A stretch of DNA of 64,000 bases from Sphingobacteriales bacterium 39-19 (GTDB lineage Bacteria; Bacteroidota; Bacteroidia; Chitinophagales; Chitinophagaceae): positions 123,684 through 187,683 of the forward strand of contig MKTX01000003.1 in the NCBI GenBank assembly GCA_001898465.1. Direction: 5' to 3'. Positions 1 through 9,413 of this stretch are shown piece after piece; the first letter of the stretch is position 1; each line of letters starts with the position of its first letter. The position numbers and the translations under genes are program-made. Under the pieces are notes generated by a model, which made no database searches, was not told where the DNA came from, and saw only the letters and a program-made list of their open reading frames with translations.

Positions 1-2
1 TT

Positions 3-134
3 GTGGGCCAATATCTTAAAACCAATGATCTTATTGGCTATGTAGTGTTAGATGTGGACAGGAGTTTAAGTAAAACAGCTGTTGAATTGCTCAAAAGTGT
101 ACCCGAAACAATCAAGGTGCGGATGCTTTACTGA
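3..134 (+). CDS. serA: 3' end (last 43 codons) of D-3-phosphoglycerate dehydrogenase (ACT-domain tail); 5' part lies outside the window
   Basis: Frame 3 gives VGQYLKTNDLIGYVVLDVDRSLSKTAVELLKSVPETIKVRMLY*. This parallels the E. coli SerA C-terminus as I recall it (...QYLQTSAQMGYVVIDIEADEDVAEKALQAMKAIPGTIRARLLY). Absent from the ORF track because it has no start in the window. Confidence 0.7.
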   Translation: MGQYLKTNDLIGYVVLDVDRSLSKTAVELLKSVPETIKVRMLY

Positions 135-181
135 ATTGGGAAATAATGTTTTCTGATGTTTCAAAAATAATTGAAAATTCA

Positions 182-189
182 TATCTTTG
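182..189 (+). promoter_or_regulatory. Bacteroidota sigma-A type -7 box (TAnnTTTG) upstream of ndh
   Basis: TATCTTTG at 182-189, 18 nt before the ATG at 208. It overlaps the TTG (187) used by the ORF track, which argues for the ATG start. Confidence 0.55.
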
Positions 190-207
190 CAACTTAAATC
201 CGATGAT

Positions 208-1488
208 ATGAAATTAATAATTGTGGGAGGGGGATTTGGCGGTTTAAGGCTTGCCCGCCGGTTAAGCAATAAAAAAGGGATTTCCATTACCCTGATCGAT
301 CAATTTAACCATCACCAGTTTCAGCCCTTATTTTACCAGGTGGCTACAGCAGGATTAAATGCCAGTGATATTTCATTTCCATTACGTAAAGTATTTCATA
401 AAAGTTCCAATATCAATTTTAGAATGGCAACCGTGCAATCTATTCATGAAATGGATAAAAAAGTAATTACTGATATTGGTGAATTTGAATATGACCGGTT
501 GATTATAGCAACGGGTGCAGGCACCAATTTTTTTGGAAATGCAGAAATTGAAAAATATGCCATACCGATGAAGAGTAGTATTGAATCTCTTCATTTAAAA
601 GAGCGGCTGCTATGTAATTTTGAACATGCCCTTACCTCCCCGGATGAAGCCACCCGGCAGCGGCATTTAAATATTATCATTGTAGGGGGAGGGCCAACCG
701 GCGTAGAACTCAGTGGCGCTATTGCAGATATGCGTCATTATGTGTTGCCTAAGGATTATCCTGAAATTGATTTTAAAAAAATGAATATCTACCTGCTGGA
801 AGGCAGCCCCAGATTATTAGCTGCAATGAGCGAAAAAAGCAGCGCCAGTGCACAGCGTTATCTTGAGAAACTGGGTGTAATTGTAAAAACAAATGCGCTC
901 CTGAAAACATACGACGGCCATACCGCCTTTCTGGCAAATAATGAACTTATAGAATCGGCTTTATGTATTTGGGCCGCAGGAATTAAAGGAAATATTCCCG
1001 CAGGCATTGATGCTTCTCTTATAGCAAGGGGAAATCGTATAAAGGTTGACAGGTTCTGTAAAATACAGGGCAGTGAAAATATGTATGCCATAGGAGATAT
1101 TGCTTTTATGGAAACTACAGCCTATCCTAATGGCCATCCGCAACTGGCTTCGGTTGCGATTCAGCAAGCGGACCTGCTGGCCACTAATTTTTTAAAAGAA
1201 GTAAAAGCAAAGAACGGCAAAAAAGAATTTTTTTACAACGACAAAGGATCAATGGCTACCGTAGGCAGGAACTTGGCTGTGGTAGATATTCCAAAACCTA
1301 AAATACACCTGGGCGGATTTTTTGCCTGGTTTATTTGGATGAGCCTGCATTTAATGCTCATACTGGGCGTAAAAAATAAATTCTTTGTTTTTATGAACTG
1401 GTTATATAGCTATTTTACACATGATCAAAATTTGAGATTGATCTTCAGGAATCATGAAAATCAAGGATCGCCGGTTCCCCGGGGCTAA
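208..1488 (+). CDS. ndh: Type II NADH:quinone oxidoreductase (NDH-2), FAD-dependent pyridine nucleotide-disulfide oxidoreductase
   Basis: Two Rossmann GxGxxG motifs (IIVGGGFGGL near the N-terminus; IIIVGGGPTGVE), a YAIGDIA motif and a C-terminal hydrophobic segment. Length is about 426 aa from the ATG at 208. Confidence 0.85.
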   Translation: MKLIIVGGGFGGLRLARRLSNKKGISITLIDQFNHHQFQPLFYQVATAGLNASDISFPLRKVFHKSSNINFRMATVQSIHEMDKKVITDIGEFEYDRLIIATGAGTNFFGNAEIEKYAIPMKSSIESLHLKERLLCNFEHALTSPDEATRQRHLNIIIVGGGPTGVELSGAIADMRHYVLPKDYPEIDFKKMNIYLLEGSPRLLAAMSEKSSASAQRYLEKLGVIVKTNALLKTYDGHTAFLANNELIESALCIWAAGIKGNIPAGIDASLIARGNRIKVDRFCKIQGSENMYAIGDIAFMETTAYPNGHPQLASVAIQQADLLATNFLKEVKAKNGKKEFFYNDKGSMATVGRNLAVVDIPKPKIHLGGFFAWFIWMSLHLMLILGVKNKFFVFMNWLYSYFTHDQNLRLIFRNHENQGSPVPRG

Positions 1489-1539
1489 ATTCTTTCCGCT
1501 AGTTTGGCATATTCTGCTTCAATAATTCGTTAATTGGTT

Positions 1540-1547
1540 TAATTTTG
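1540..1547 (+). promoter_or_regulatory. TAnnTTTG -7 box upstream of lon
   Basis: TAATTTTG at 1540-1547, 24 nt before the ATG at 1572. It overlaps the TTG at 1545 used by the ORF track. Confidence 0.5.
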
Positions 1548-1571
1548 CATTTTGTTTATCAGAAAGACAAT

Positions 1572-3971
1572 ATGAATAAAAAATTTTTATTACCCGAAGG
1601 CCCTGAAGAGGATATGGAATATATGCCAATCATACCCATTAACGAAGATAATGAGGGAGCCGATGACCAGTTAATACCCGATGAAATTCCCATCCTTCCC
1701 TTAAGAAATACGGTACTTTTCCCGGGTGTGGTAATACCCATTACGGTAGGCAGAGATAAAAGTATAAAGGCAGTAAATGATGCTTATAAAAAAGATAAGC
1801 TAATAGGGGTATTGGCACAAAAAGAAAGTAGCATCGAAGAACCCACGGTGAGTGATCTTGAAAATATTGGTACCGTTGCTAAAATGATCAAGCTGATCAA
1901 AATGCCCGATGGGGGAACCACCCTTATTTTGCAGGGGCGAAAAAGATTTAAGTTAGAAGAAATCATTTCAGAAGATCCCTATTTTAAAGCACGCATTAAA
2001 ATATTGGAAGAAGAAAGCATGCAGGGCGATAATGATTTTGAAGCCATGGTAGGCAGCATTAAAGATATTGCTGCCCAAATTATAAACCTGTCTCCCAATT
2101 TGCCCAGCGAAGCCGCAATCATTTTAAAAAATATTGAGAACCCGTCTTTTTTAATTCATTATGTAAGCAGCAACCTCAATAGCGATTTGCAGCAAAAACA
2201 AAAATTATTAGAGATAAGTAACCTGAAGGCCCGTGCCGAACTCCTGATGAGTTTAATGCATACTGAACTGCAATACGCAGAATTAAAAAATAAGGTTACC
2301 AATAAAACAAGAGCCGAGCTGGATAAGCAACAAAAGGAATATTTTTTACAACAGCAAATGAAAGCCATCAAAGATGAACTGGGTGGCGAAAATGTAGCAG
2401 AAGTAAAAGAAATGCAGAAAAAAGCCGAAAAGAAAATTTGGCCTGCTGCTGCAAAAGAAATGTTTACAAAAGGTGTAGAAAAACTGGAGCGTATGCATCC
2501 CTCTACACCCGATTATTCTGTGGTGTACAACCACCTGGACCTGATGCTGGACTTGCCCTGGGGAGAATATACCGAAGATTTATATGACCTTAAAAAAGCT
2601 AAGAAAATACTGGACCGGGATCATTACGGGATGAATAAAATTAAGGAACGCATACTGGAATACCTTGCCGTATTGAAATTAAAAGGAGATATGAAGAGCC
2701 CCATTCTTTGTTTTGTGGGCCCGCCCGGTATTGGTAAAACCAGCCTCGGGAAAAGTATTGCAGCCGCTATTAACCGTAAATATGTACGGGTAAGCCTGGG
2801 AGGGCTTCATGATGAAAGCGAAATACGGGGGCATCGCAAAACTTATATTGGCGCTATGCCGGGCCGTATTGTACAATCTATCCGGAAAATAAAATCGGGC
2901 AACCCCGTTATGATCCTGGATGAAATTGATAAAGTAGGAAGCGATCACCGGGGAGATCCATCATCCGCTTTGCTGGAAGTACTGGACCCCGAACAAAACA
3001 GTACGTTTTATGATAATTATTTAGAGCTGGAGTACGATTTGAGCAGGGTGCTATTTATTGCCACCGCAAATAGTTTAAATAATATTCAACCGGCTCTGAG
3101 AGACAGGCTCGAAATTATTGACCTGAGTGGCTATGCCGTGGAAGAAAAAATTGAAATTGCAAAGCGGCATTTACTGCCCCGCCAAAAAGAAATGCATGGG
3201 CTCGCAAACCAGGGTTTTAAAATAAGTGACCCGGTTTTAGAAAAAATAATTTCTGATTATACCCGGGAAAGTGGCGTACGGGAACTGGACCGCCAGCTGG
3301 CAAGCGTAATGCGCTACCAGGCAAAAGAACTGGTGATGAAAGGCAAATTAAAAGCTACCATTACCAGCCTGGATGTAGAAAAAATATTAGGCCGGGCCAG
3401 GTATAGCAATGAAATTTACAAAACCGCTAATATGGCGGGCGTAGCAGTGGGGCTGGCCTGGACTTACGTGGGCGGAGATATTTTATTTATAGAAACACAG
3501 GTAAGCGACGGTAAGGGTGAATTAAAATTAACCGGTAACCTGGGCAATGTGATGAAAGAAAGTGCCAGCACAGCTTACACCTGGCTGGAAGCCAATTACA
3601 AAAAACTAAACATACCTAAGGAAACTTTTCATAAAATGGATGCCCATATTCATGTACCCGAAGGGGCCACGCCCAAAGATGGGCCCAGTGCCGGCATTAC
3701 CATGATGACTTCTTTAGCCAGTGCATTTACCGGCCGTAAAATAAAATCGCACCTGGCGATGACCGGTGAAATTACTTTACGGGGACAGGTATTGCCCGTA
3801 GGCGGCATTAAAGAAAAAGTATTGGCTGCCAAAAGATCGGGCATAAAAGAAATTATCTTATGCTGGCTCAATGAAAAAGATGTGAGCGAAATAAATCCCC
3901 AATTTATAAAGGGCATCAAATTTCATTATGTAAAAACAGTGCAGCAGGTAATAGATATTGCATTATCATAA
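1572..3971 (+). CDS. lon: ATP-dependent Lon protease (LonA)
   Basis: Walker A GPPGIGKTS, Walker B VMILDEIDK, catalytic serine context PKDGPSAGITM, catalytic lysine context GGIKEKVLAAKRSG, and an N-terminal LON substrate-binding domain. Confidence 0.97.
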   Translation: MNKKFLLPEGPEEDMEYMPIIPINEDNEGADDQLIPDEIPILPLRNTVLFPGVVIPITVGRDKSIKAVNDAYKKDKLIGVLAQKESSIEEPTVSDLENIGTVAKMIKLIKMPDGGTTLILQGRKRFKLEEIISEDPYFKARIKILEEESMQGDNDFEAMVGSIKDIAAQIINLSPNLPSEAAIILKNIENPSFLIHYVSSNLNSDLQQKQKLLEISNLKARAELLMSLMHTELQYAELKNKVTNKTRAELDKQQKEYFLQQQMKAIKDELGGENVAEVKEMQKKAEKKIWPAAAKEMFTKGVEKLERMHPSTPDYSVVYNHLDLMLDLPWGEYTEDLYDLKKAKKILDRDHYGMNKIKERILEYLAVLKLKGDMKSPILCFVGPPGIGKTSLGKSIAAAINRKYVRVSLGGLHDESEIRGHRKTYIGAMPGRIVQSIRKIKSGNPVMILDEIDKVGSDHRGDPSSALLEVLDPEQNSTFYDNYLELEYDLSRVLFIATANSLNNIQPALRDRLEIIDLSGYAVEEKIEIAKRHLLPRQKEMHGLANQGFKISDPVLEKIISDYTRESGVRELDRQLASVMRYQAKELVMKGKLKATITSLDVEKILGRARYSNEIYKTANMAGVAVGLAWTYVGGDILFIETQVSDGKGELKLTGNLGNVMKESASTAYTWLEANYKKLNIPKETFHKMDAHIHVPEGATPKDGPSAGITMMTSLASAFTGRKIKSHLAMTGEITLRGQVLPVGGIKEKVLAAKRSGIKEIILCWLNEKDVSEINPQFIKGIKFHYVKTVQQVIDIALS

Positions 3972-4007
3972 GGGCCCCGGTATTAGTTTTTCAAAATAAT
4001 CTTATAT

Positions 4008-4015
4008 TACATTTG
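4008..4015 (+). promoter_or_regulatory. TAnnTTTG -7 box upstream of the SpoIIM-like/MoxR operon
   Basis: TACATTTG at 4008-4015. It is the only promoter-like element before five tightly spaced genes. Confidence 0.5.
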
Positions 4016-4046
4016 TATCGCAACACCTGGTATATTGTACTGGCCT

Positions 4047-5066
4047 ATGAGAGAAGCAATGTTTATAAAAAAAAATGTAGAAAAATGGGAGTCCTACCAG
4101 CATGAGCAAGCAGTAAGCCCCGATGAAACTGCCGATCGTTTCATTACCCTTATAGATGACCTTTCTTATGCCAAAACATTTTATCCCAAAAGTAAAGTCA
4201 CCCGGTGGATAAATGGCCTCACGGCTTCCATGTACCAAAACGTATATCGTAACAAAAGACAAAAATTTTCACGGCTTTTTGAATTCTGGAAATTTGAATT
4301 ACCCTTACTTTTCCGCAAATACCATCCCGTATTTTTATTTACGGTTTTATTGTTTTGCTTCTTTGTATTTATTGGTTTATATGCCGCTGCCCGTAATCCC
4401 GAATTCATCCGCAGTATATTGGGCGATAATTATGTAAACCATACCGAAGAAAATATTGCCAATGGCGACCCCTTCGGAATTTATAAAGACGATAATTACT
4501 TTAATATGTTTGTGAGGATTGCTTTTAATAATATTAAAGTAGCATTTATCACTTTCCTGGGCGGGCTTAGCCTGGGGATTTTTACATTTAAAATTTTATG
4601 GGACAATGGCCTTATGCTGGGTAGCTTTGAATATCTTTTTTTTGAACATGGCCTGGGCTTACAATCCATTTTGGTTATATGGATACATGGTGTCATTGAA
4701 ATTTCTTCTATTGTCATTGCCGGAACGGCAGGATTTATCCTGGCCCGGGGATTCCTATTCCCCGGTACCTATAGCCGGCTGGAATCGTTCAGGCGTGCCG
4801 CTTCTGATGCAGCAAAAATTATGATTTGCCTGGTGCCTTTTTTTATTATAGCCGCTTTCCTGGAGAGTTATGTAACACACCTGATGAGTACTACTTTTGA
4901 TGCAAGCCATTCGGCCGGCCTACCTGTTTGGGCCAGTATCATCATACTGGCAACATCGCTCTTTCTTATTGTTTGGTATTTTATTATTTGGCCACGAAAA
5001 TTGCACAGTAAAGGGTATTATATTAAAAAGAACGGAATCGTTAACCGGTTATTAGATGGGGAATAA
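4047..5066 (+). CDS. Polytopic membrane protein, stage II sporulation protein M-like (SpoIIM/DUF95 family)
   Basis: N-terminal soluble segment (MREAMFIKKNVEKWESYQ...) followed by about 5-6 hydrophobic helices, the pattern I associate with SpoIIM-like proteins found beside DUF4129/MoxR genes. ATG at 4047 preferred over TTG at 4035. Confidence 0.6.
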   Translation: MREAMFIKKNVEKWESYQHEQAVSPDETADRFITLIDDLSYAKTFYPKSKVTRWINGLTASMYQNVYRNKRQKFSRLFEFWKFELPLLFRKYHPVFLFTVLLFCFFVFIGLYAAARNPEFIRSILGDNYVNHTEENIANGDPFGIYKDDNYFNMFVRIAFNNIKVAFITFLGGLSLGIFTFKILWDNGLMLGSFEYLFFEHGLGLQSILVIWIHGVIEISSIVIAGTAGFILARGFLFPGTYSRLESFRRAASDAAKIMICLVPFFIIAAFLESYVTHLMSTTFDASHSAGLPVWASIIILATSLFLIVWYFIIWPRKLHSKGYYIKKNGIVNRLLDGE

Positions 5067-5832
5067 GAAATCTTTTATTATTGGTTGCTTACTTTTAAAT
5101 ACAGCCCTGGCTCAAACCCGGCCGGCAGATACGATTGAATATGTGCAAGACCCCGCCATCCCACGGGAAAATACAGATCATTTTCAGCACAAAATTTCAG
5201 ATGTAGCCGATACGGTTTTATACAGCCATCTGATTTTAATAAACAGGGATAGCCTCGCCAGGATAAAACAAAAGACAACCTACAAATATGCTCAAAACCT
5301 GGATAGCCTTTTAAGGGCATGGAAAAGATCGGCAGAAGCAGGGCCGGAAAGCAGCCGGAGGTTAAGCCTCTTTGAAAGGTTTATGAATAGCGGCCTGGTT
5401 CAAATTTTAATGTGGTCAATGGCCATCCTGTTTGTACTGTACCTGCTCTATCGTTTCTTTTTAACGGGTGCTGTGTTCCGGCCCCATACATCAAAACCAC
5501 CGGAACAGGAATTTCCGGGAGATGAAGGAATTTTGAGCGCTGCAGATTATAGTTCGCTTATTGATAAATGCCTGGTAGCAGGAAATTACCGGCTGGCTAC
5601 CCGGTATTATTTCTTAAAAATTTTGCAACATTTACATGAGCGGCAGCATATTCATTTTTCTACAGAAAAAACCAATGCGGCTTATCTCAGCGAAATGCCG
5701 GTACCGCTGCAACCCGAATTTTCTACCATCGCTTTGCATTATGAATATGTGTGGTATGGCAATAAACCAATTGATAAAAACAGTTTTTTAGAAATTGAAA
5801 ATACTTGTAAAAGATTCATTTCACGCTTATAA
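5056..5832 (+). CDS. DUF4129-like membrane protein
   Basis: N-terminal signal/anchor, a central TM (ILMWSMAILFVLYLLYRFFL) and a C-terminal domain with YYFLKILQHLHERQHIHFSTEKTNAAYLSEM, typical of DUF4129. The start overlaps the upstream stop by 11 nt. Confidence 0.6.
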   Translation: MGNKKSFIIGCLLLNTALAQTRPADTIEYVQDPAIPRENTDHFQHKISDVADTVLYSHLILINRDSLARIKQKTTYKYAQNLDSLLRAWKRSAEAGPESSRRLSLFERFMNSGLVQILMWSMAILFVLYLLYRFFLTGAVFRPHTSKPPEQEFPGDEGILSAADYSSLIDKCLVAGNYRLATRYYFLKILQHLHERQHIHFSTEKTNAAYLSEMPVPLQPEFSTIALHYEYVWYGNKPIDKNSFLEIENTCKRFISRL

Positions 5833-5837
5833 AAAAT

Positions 5838-7031
5838 TTGAAAAAAGGAATCGCATATATTATTCTGGTTGTGATCTTGGCAGCTTGCAGCGCAAAGAAT
5901 GGAATGCCATCTTTAAGAGAAACTTTTGCATCAAAAGATGATATTCCGTTTGGAACTTCCATGGCATTCTCACTAACGAAAGCATGTTTTCCAAATACCA
6001 ACATCCAGGTATCTACCCGTACCGCATCTGAAACATTAGGCTGGACGAGTAATACAGGATCTTTGTATATAAGCATTAGCCATTATTTTTTTCCAAAAGA
6101 TGCCGACCTCAATGCGATTTATAATTTTGTTGCCGATGGCAATACTGCATTTATTTCTGCCATACAAATGGATAGCAGCTTCCTGGCAGGCATGTATAGT
6201 AACATGCTGCATGCCGAAATATTTACACACATGATGCCCGTCTCCTTAACTAAAACAAGCCTTCATTTACAAGATACCAGTTCAGCAAAAAATACCTATT
6301 CCTATTTTTATCTGCCTTTTGCTTCTTACTTTTCTAAAACCGATTCCATTATTTCCCGAACCCTGGGGTATAACCAGTTTAATAAGCCCAACTGTATTGT
6401 AATTTTTTGGGGTAAAGGAAGGTTGTATTTACATTGTGATGCCCGTGCAATGAGTAATTATTTTTTATTGTCGGGTAATAATGCTGAGTACTTCACAAGG
6501 CTTATGCAATGGATGCCGCAAAACCCTTCCGTAATATACTGGGATGATTTTTACCGGCGAAATAGCGTGGCCGGCAAAGATGGTTCGGGCAGTGGACTGG
6601 CATTCTTATTTACCTTACCTGCATTGGCAATGGCTTTCATTTTATTAATTTTTTTATTGCTTATTTATATGCTGGTAGGCGCTAAACGGCGGCAGCGTAT
6701 TGTACCCGTAATAAAAGCTCCTGAAAATGCATCGGTAAAATTTGCCGAAGCCATTGCTGGTTTGTATCTCAATCAAAAAGATAATAAAACCATTGCTGAA
6801 AAAATGATCCTGTATTTTAATGAATATACCCGGGCTCATTATTTTATGCAGGCCAATATAAGCACGGCTGAATTTAATGAAGCGCTCAGCCGTAAAAGCG
6901 GTGTGGCAAAAGAATGGGTACAAAATTTATCTTTACATATACACAAGTTGCAAAACGCTAGCCAGGTTTCGGATAGTGACTTGTTGATACTAAACGAACT
7001 GGTTCAACAATTTTATAAATCAAGAAAATAA
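5838..7031 (+). CDS. DUF4350-like lipoprotein with C-terminal transmembrane anchor
   Basis: TTG start. Signal peptide with lipobox (VVILAAC|SAK), a large extracytoplasmic domain, a C-terminal TM (LAFLFTLPALAMAFILLIFLLLIYMLVGA) and a roughly 100-aa tail. The position between DUF4129 and MoxR fits this family. Confidence 0.5.
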   Translation: MKKGIAYIILVVILAACSAKNGMPSLRETFASKDDIPFGTSMAFSLTKACFPNTNIQVSTRTASETLGWTSNTGSLYISISHYFFPKDADLNAIYNFVADGNTAFISAIQMDSSFLAGMYSNMLHAEIFTHMMPVSLTKTSLHLQDTSSAKNTYSYFYLPFASYFSKTDSIISRTLGYNQFNKPNCIVIFWGKGRLYLHCDARAMSNYFLLSGNNAEYFTRLMQWMPQNPSVIYWDDFYRRNSVAGKDGSGSGLAFLFTLPALAMAFILLIFLLLIYMLVGAKRRQRIVPVIKAPENASVKFAEAIAGLYLNQKDNKTIAEKMILYFNEYTRAHYFMQANISTAEFNEALSRKSGVAKEWVQNLSLHIHKLQNASQVSDSDLLILNELVQQFYKSRK

Positions 7032-8011
7032 TGATGCAAGAAAATATTTTCCAGGAAAATTCAGAAGTGGCCGCTTTAAATAAAAAATTAAACGATATCA
7101 GGGCACAGATAAGCAAAGTGATTGTGGGGCAACAGCAGGTGGTAGACCTGGTAATGACGGGCCTTTTATGTGATGGGCATATATTATTAGAGGGGGTTCC
7201 CGGTGTTGCCAAAACTTTACTGGCCAAACTATTGGCTAAAATTATGGATATCCATTTTAGCCGTATTCAGTTTACACCCGACCTGATGCCGGGTGATGTA
7301 ATAGGTACTTCTGTATTTAACCCCAATGCAGGTAATTTTTCGTTCAGGCCCGGGCCGGTATTTGGCAATATTGTTTTAATAGATGAAATAAACCGGGCAC
7401 CTGCTAAAACACAATCTGCATTATTTGAAGTGATGGAAGAAAGACAGGTTACTTTTGACGGCACCACGTATCCTATGCAATATCCTTTTATTGTATTGGC
7501 TACACAAAACCCTATTGAGCAGGAAGGCACCTACCGCCTGCCCGAAGCCCAACTCGATCGTTTTATTTTTAAAATCATCATCCATTATCCCAGCCTGCAG
7601 GAAGAAGTAAGTATTTTAATGAGCCAGCAGGGAAAACAACAGGCAGAACTGCTTTTAACGGTAGATAAAATTTTGTCGGCAGCAGATATACAACATTACC
7701 GGACTATTGTTCAAAATATAAATATTGAAACCAGGATCATTGAATATATAGCCCGCATAATTAATGAAACCCGCAATAACCCTTCATTATACCTGGGGGC
7801 CTCTACCCGGGCTTCGCTGGCCTTGCTGAAGGCAGCCAAAGCAACAGCTGCATTACGGGGAAGAGATTTTGTAATTCCGGAAGACGTAATAGAAATGGCA
7901 ACCCCTGTACTGAGGCACCGCATCATGCTTACTCCCGAAAAAGAAATGGAAGGCATAACACCTGATGATCTTATTGAAAACATTATAAAAACAGTAGAAC
8001 TGCCCCGATAA
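7031..8011 (+). CDS. MoxR-family AAA+ ATPase
   Basis: Walker A GVPGVAKT, Walker B VLIDEINRA, and about 325 aa, typical of the MoxR/AAA_3 subfamily. The ATG overlaps the upstream stop (TAATG). Confidence 0.93.
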   Translation: MMQENIFQENSEVAALNKKLNDIRAQISKVIVGQQQVVDLVMTGLLCDGHILLEGVPGVAKTLLAKLLAKIMDIHFSRIQFTPDLMPGDVIGTSVFNPNAGNFSFRPGPVFGNIVLIDEINRAPAKTQSALFEVMEERQVTFDGTTYPMQYPFIVLATQNPIEQEGTYRLPEAQLDRFIFKIIIHYPSLQEEVSILMSQQGKQQAELLLTVDKILSAADIQHYRTIVQNINIETRIIEYIARIINETRNNPSLYLGASTRASLALLKAAKATAALRGRDFVIPEDVIEMATPVLRHRIMLTPEKEMEGITPDDLIENIIKTVELPR

Positions 8012-8014
8012 AAA

Positions 8015-9361
8015 TTGGTGACAATTATTAAAAAATATATAGGTGATTTTTATATAGGCAACCGCTTTTACCGGGGAGCAGGCGCCTGTATTGCTTTGTT
8101 TATCCTGGCATTTTATTTTCCCGCTTTATATAAGCCTGTAAAAGTTGTTTTATATACATTCCTGGCTTTGGTTTTGGCAGATTATGTATTCTTATTTTTT
8201 ATGGGGAAACGGCCGGTTGCAGACCGCCAATTAACTGACAGGTTTAGTAATGGTGATGAAAACCCGGTAAAGCTATTTGTGCAAAACAAAAATAATTTTG
8301 GTGTACACATCACCCTGATTGATGAATTGCCTTTTCAATTTCAAAAAAGGGATTTTAAAATCGATGCTTTTTTTGCACCCGGGCAATCCCATTGGATTAA
8401 TTATGCAGTACGGCCGGTAACAAGGGGCGAATATGAATTTGGCAATATTAATTTATTTATGAGAAGTATGCTGGGCCTGGTGGAACAAAGAACCCGCATA
8501 CCTGCCCATGCAAAAGTAAAAGTGTATCCTTCATTTGTGCATTTGGGTAACTACCAGCTATTAGCGGCTACGCATGTAGTAACCGAAACCGGTAATAAGC
8601 GGCTGAATAAAATAGGCCAAAGCATGGAGTTTGAACAAATAAAAGATTATGTTACCGGCGATGATATAAGAACGATAAACTGGAAAGCTACAGCCAGAAA
8701 AGGCGGGTTAATGGTGAATAAATATGTTGATGAAAAATCGCAACAACTCTATTGTATTATTGATAAAGGCAGGTTAATGAAAATGCCTTTTGCTGAACTG
8801 AGCCTGCTGGATTATGCTATTAACAGCGTACTGGCGCTTAGCCAGGTAAGCATCAAAAAACAGGATAAGATTGGCTTAATGAGTTTCTCAAATCAAATGG
8901 GTACTATGCTGGCGGCAGACAGGAAGCCCATACAAAGAGAAAATATCATGCTGGCTTTATATAATGAGAAAACATCTTTTAAAGAACCCGATTTTGAATT
9001 GTTATATACCCGGGTGCGTCACAAAATAAAACAACGCAGCTTACTTATTTTATATACAAACTTTGAATCGGTAAGCGGCCTCCACAGGCAATTGCCTTAT
9101 TTGCGTTCTATAGCCCGCCATCATTTATTACTGGTTGTTATTTTTGAAAACACCGAATTAAAAAAACTATCACAGGCCAGCGCAAGTAATATAGACGATG
9201 TGTACGTAAAAGCCATTGCTGAAAAATTGGTTTTTGAAAAAAAATTAATTGTAAAAGAGTTACAGAAATATGGAATAAATACACTCCTTTCTGCGCCTGA
9301 AAAAGTAACCGTAAATGCCATAAATAAATACCTCGAAATAAAAGCCCGTCAAATTTTATAA
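8015..9361 (+). CDS. DUF58 domain protein (MoxR partner) with two N-terminal TM helices
   Basis: Signature TGDDIRTINWKATARKGGLMVNKY (xGDxxRxIxWKxxAR) characteristic of DUF58. TTG (8015) or GTG (8018) start, 3 nt after the moxR stop. Confidence 0.88.
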   Translation: MVTIIKKYIGDFYIGNRFYRGAGACIALFILAFYFPALYKPVKVVLYTFLALVLADYVFLFFMGKRPVADRQLTDRFSNGDENPVKLFVQNKNNFGVHITLIDELPFQFQKRDFKIDAFFAPGQSHWINYAVRPVTRGEYEFGNINLFMRSMLGLVEQRTRIPAHAKVKVYPSFVHLGNYQLLAATHVVTETGNKRLNKIGQSMEFEQIKDYVTGDDIRTINWKATARKGGLMVNKYVDEKSQQLYCIIDKGRLMKMPFAELSLLDYAINSVLALSQVSIKKQDKIGLMSFSNQMGTMLAADRKPIQRENIMLALYNEKTSFKEPDFELLYTRVRHKIKQRSLLILYTNFESVSGLHRQLPYLRSIARHHLLLVVIFENTELKKLSQASASNIDDVYVKAIAEKLVFEKKLIVKELQKYGINTLLSAPEKVTVNAINKYLEIKARQIL

Positions 9362-9400
9362 GCCATTTTTATTTTGTACCGTTTATCACAATAAGCTGCC

Positions 9401-9408
9401 TATTTTTG
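9401..9408 (+). promoter_or_regulatory. TAnnTTTG -7 box upstream of truB
   Basis: TATTTTTG at 9401-9408, only 5 nt before the first ATG (9414). Confidence 0.45.
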
Positions 9409-9413
9409 TATGC

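Noticed and set aside
187-207. N-terminal extensions from TTG/GTG starts used by the ORF track (ndh 187, lon 1545, 4035, 12333, 18003, 23845, 31899, 34515, 37713, 46637, 49877, 52769, 58099, 62698)
   Set aside because: In each case a downstream ATG coincides with the conserved family N-terminus. In several cases (182-189, 1540-1547) the extension also overlaps a TAnnTTTG promoter box or the preceding gene.
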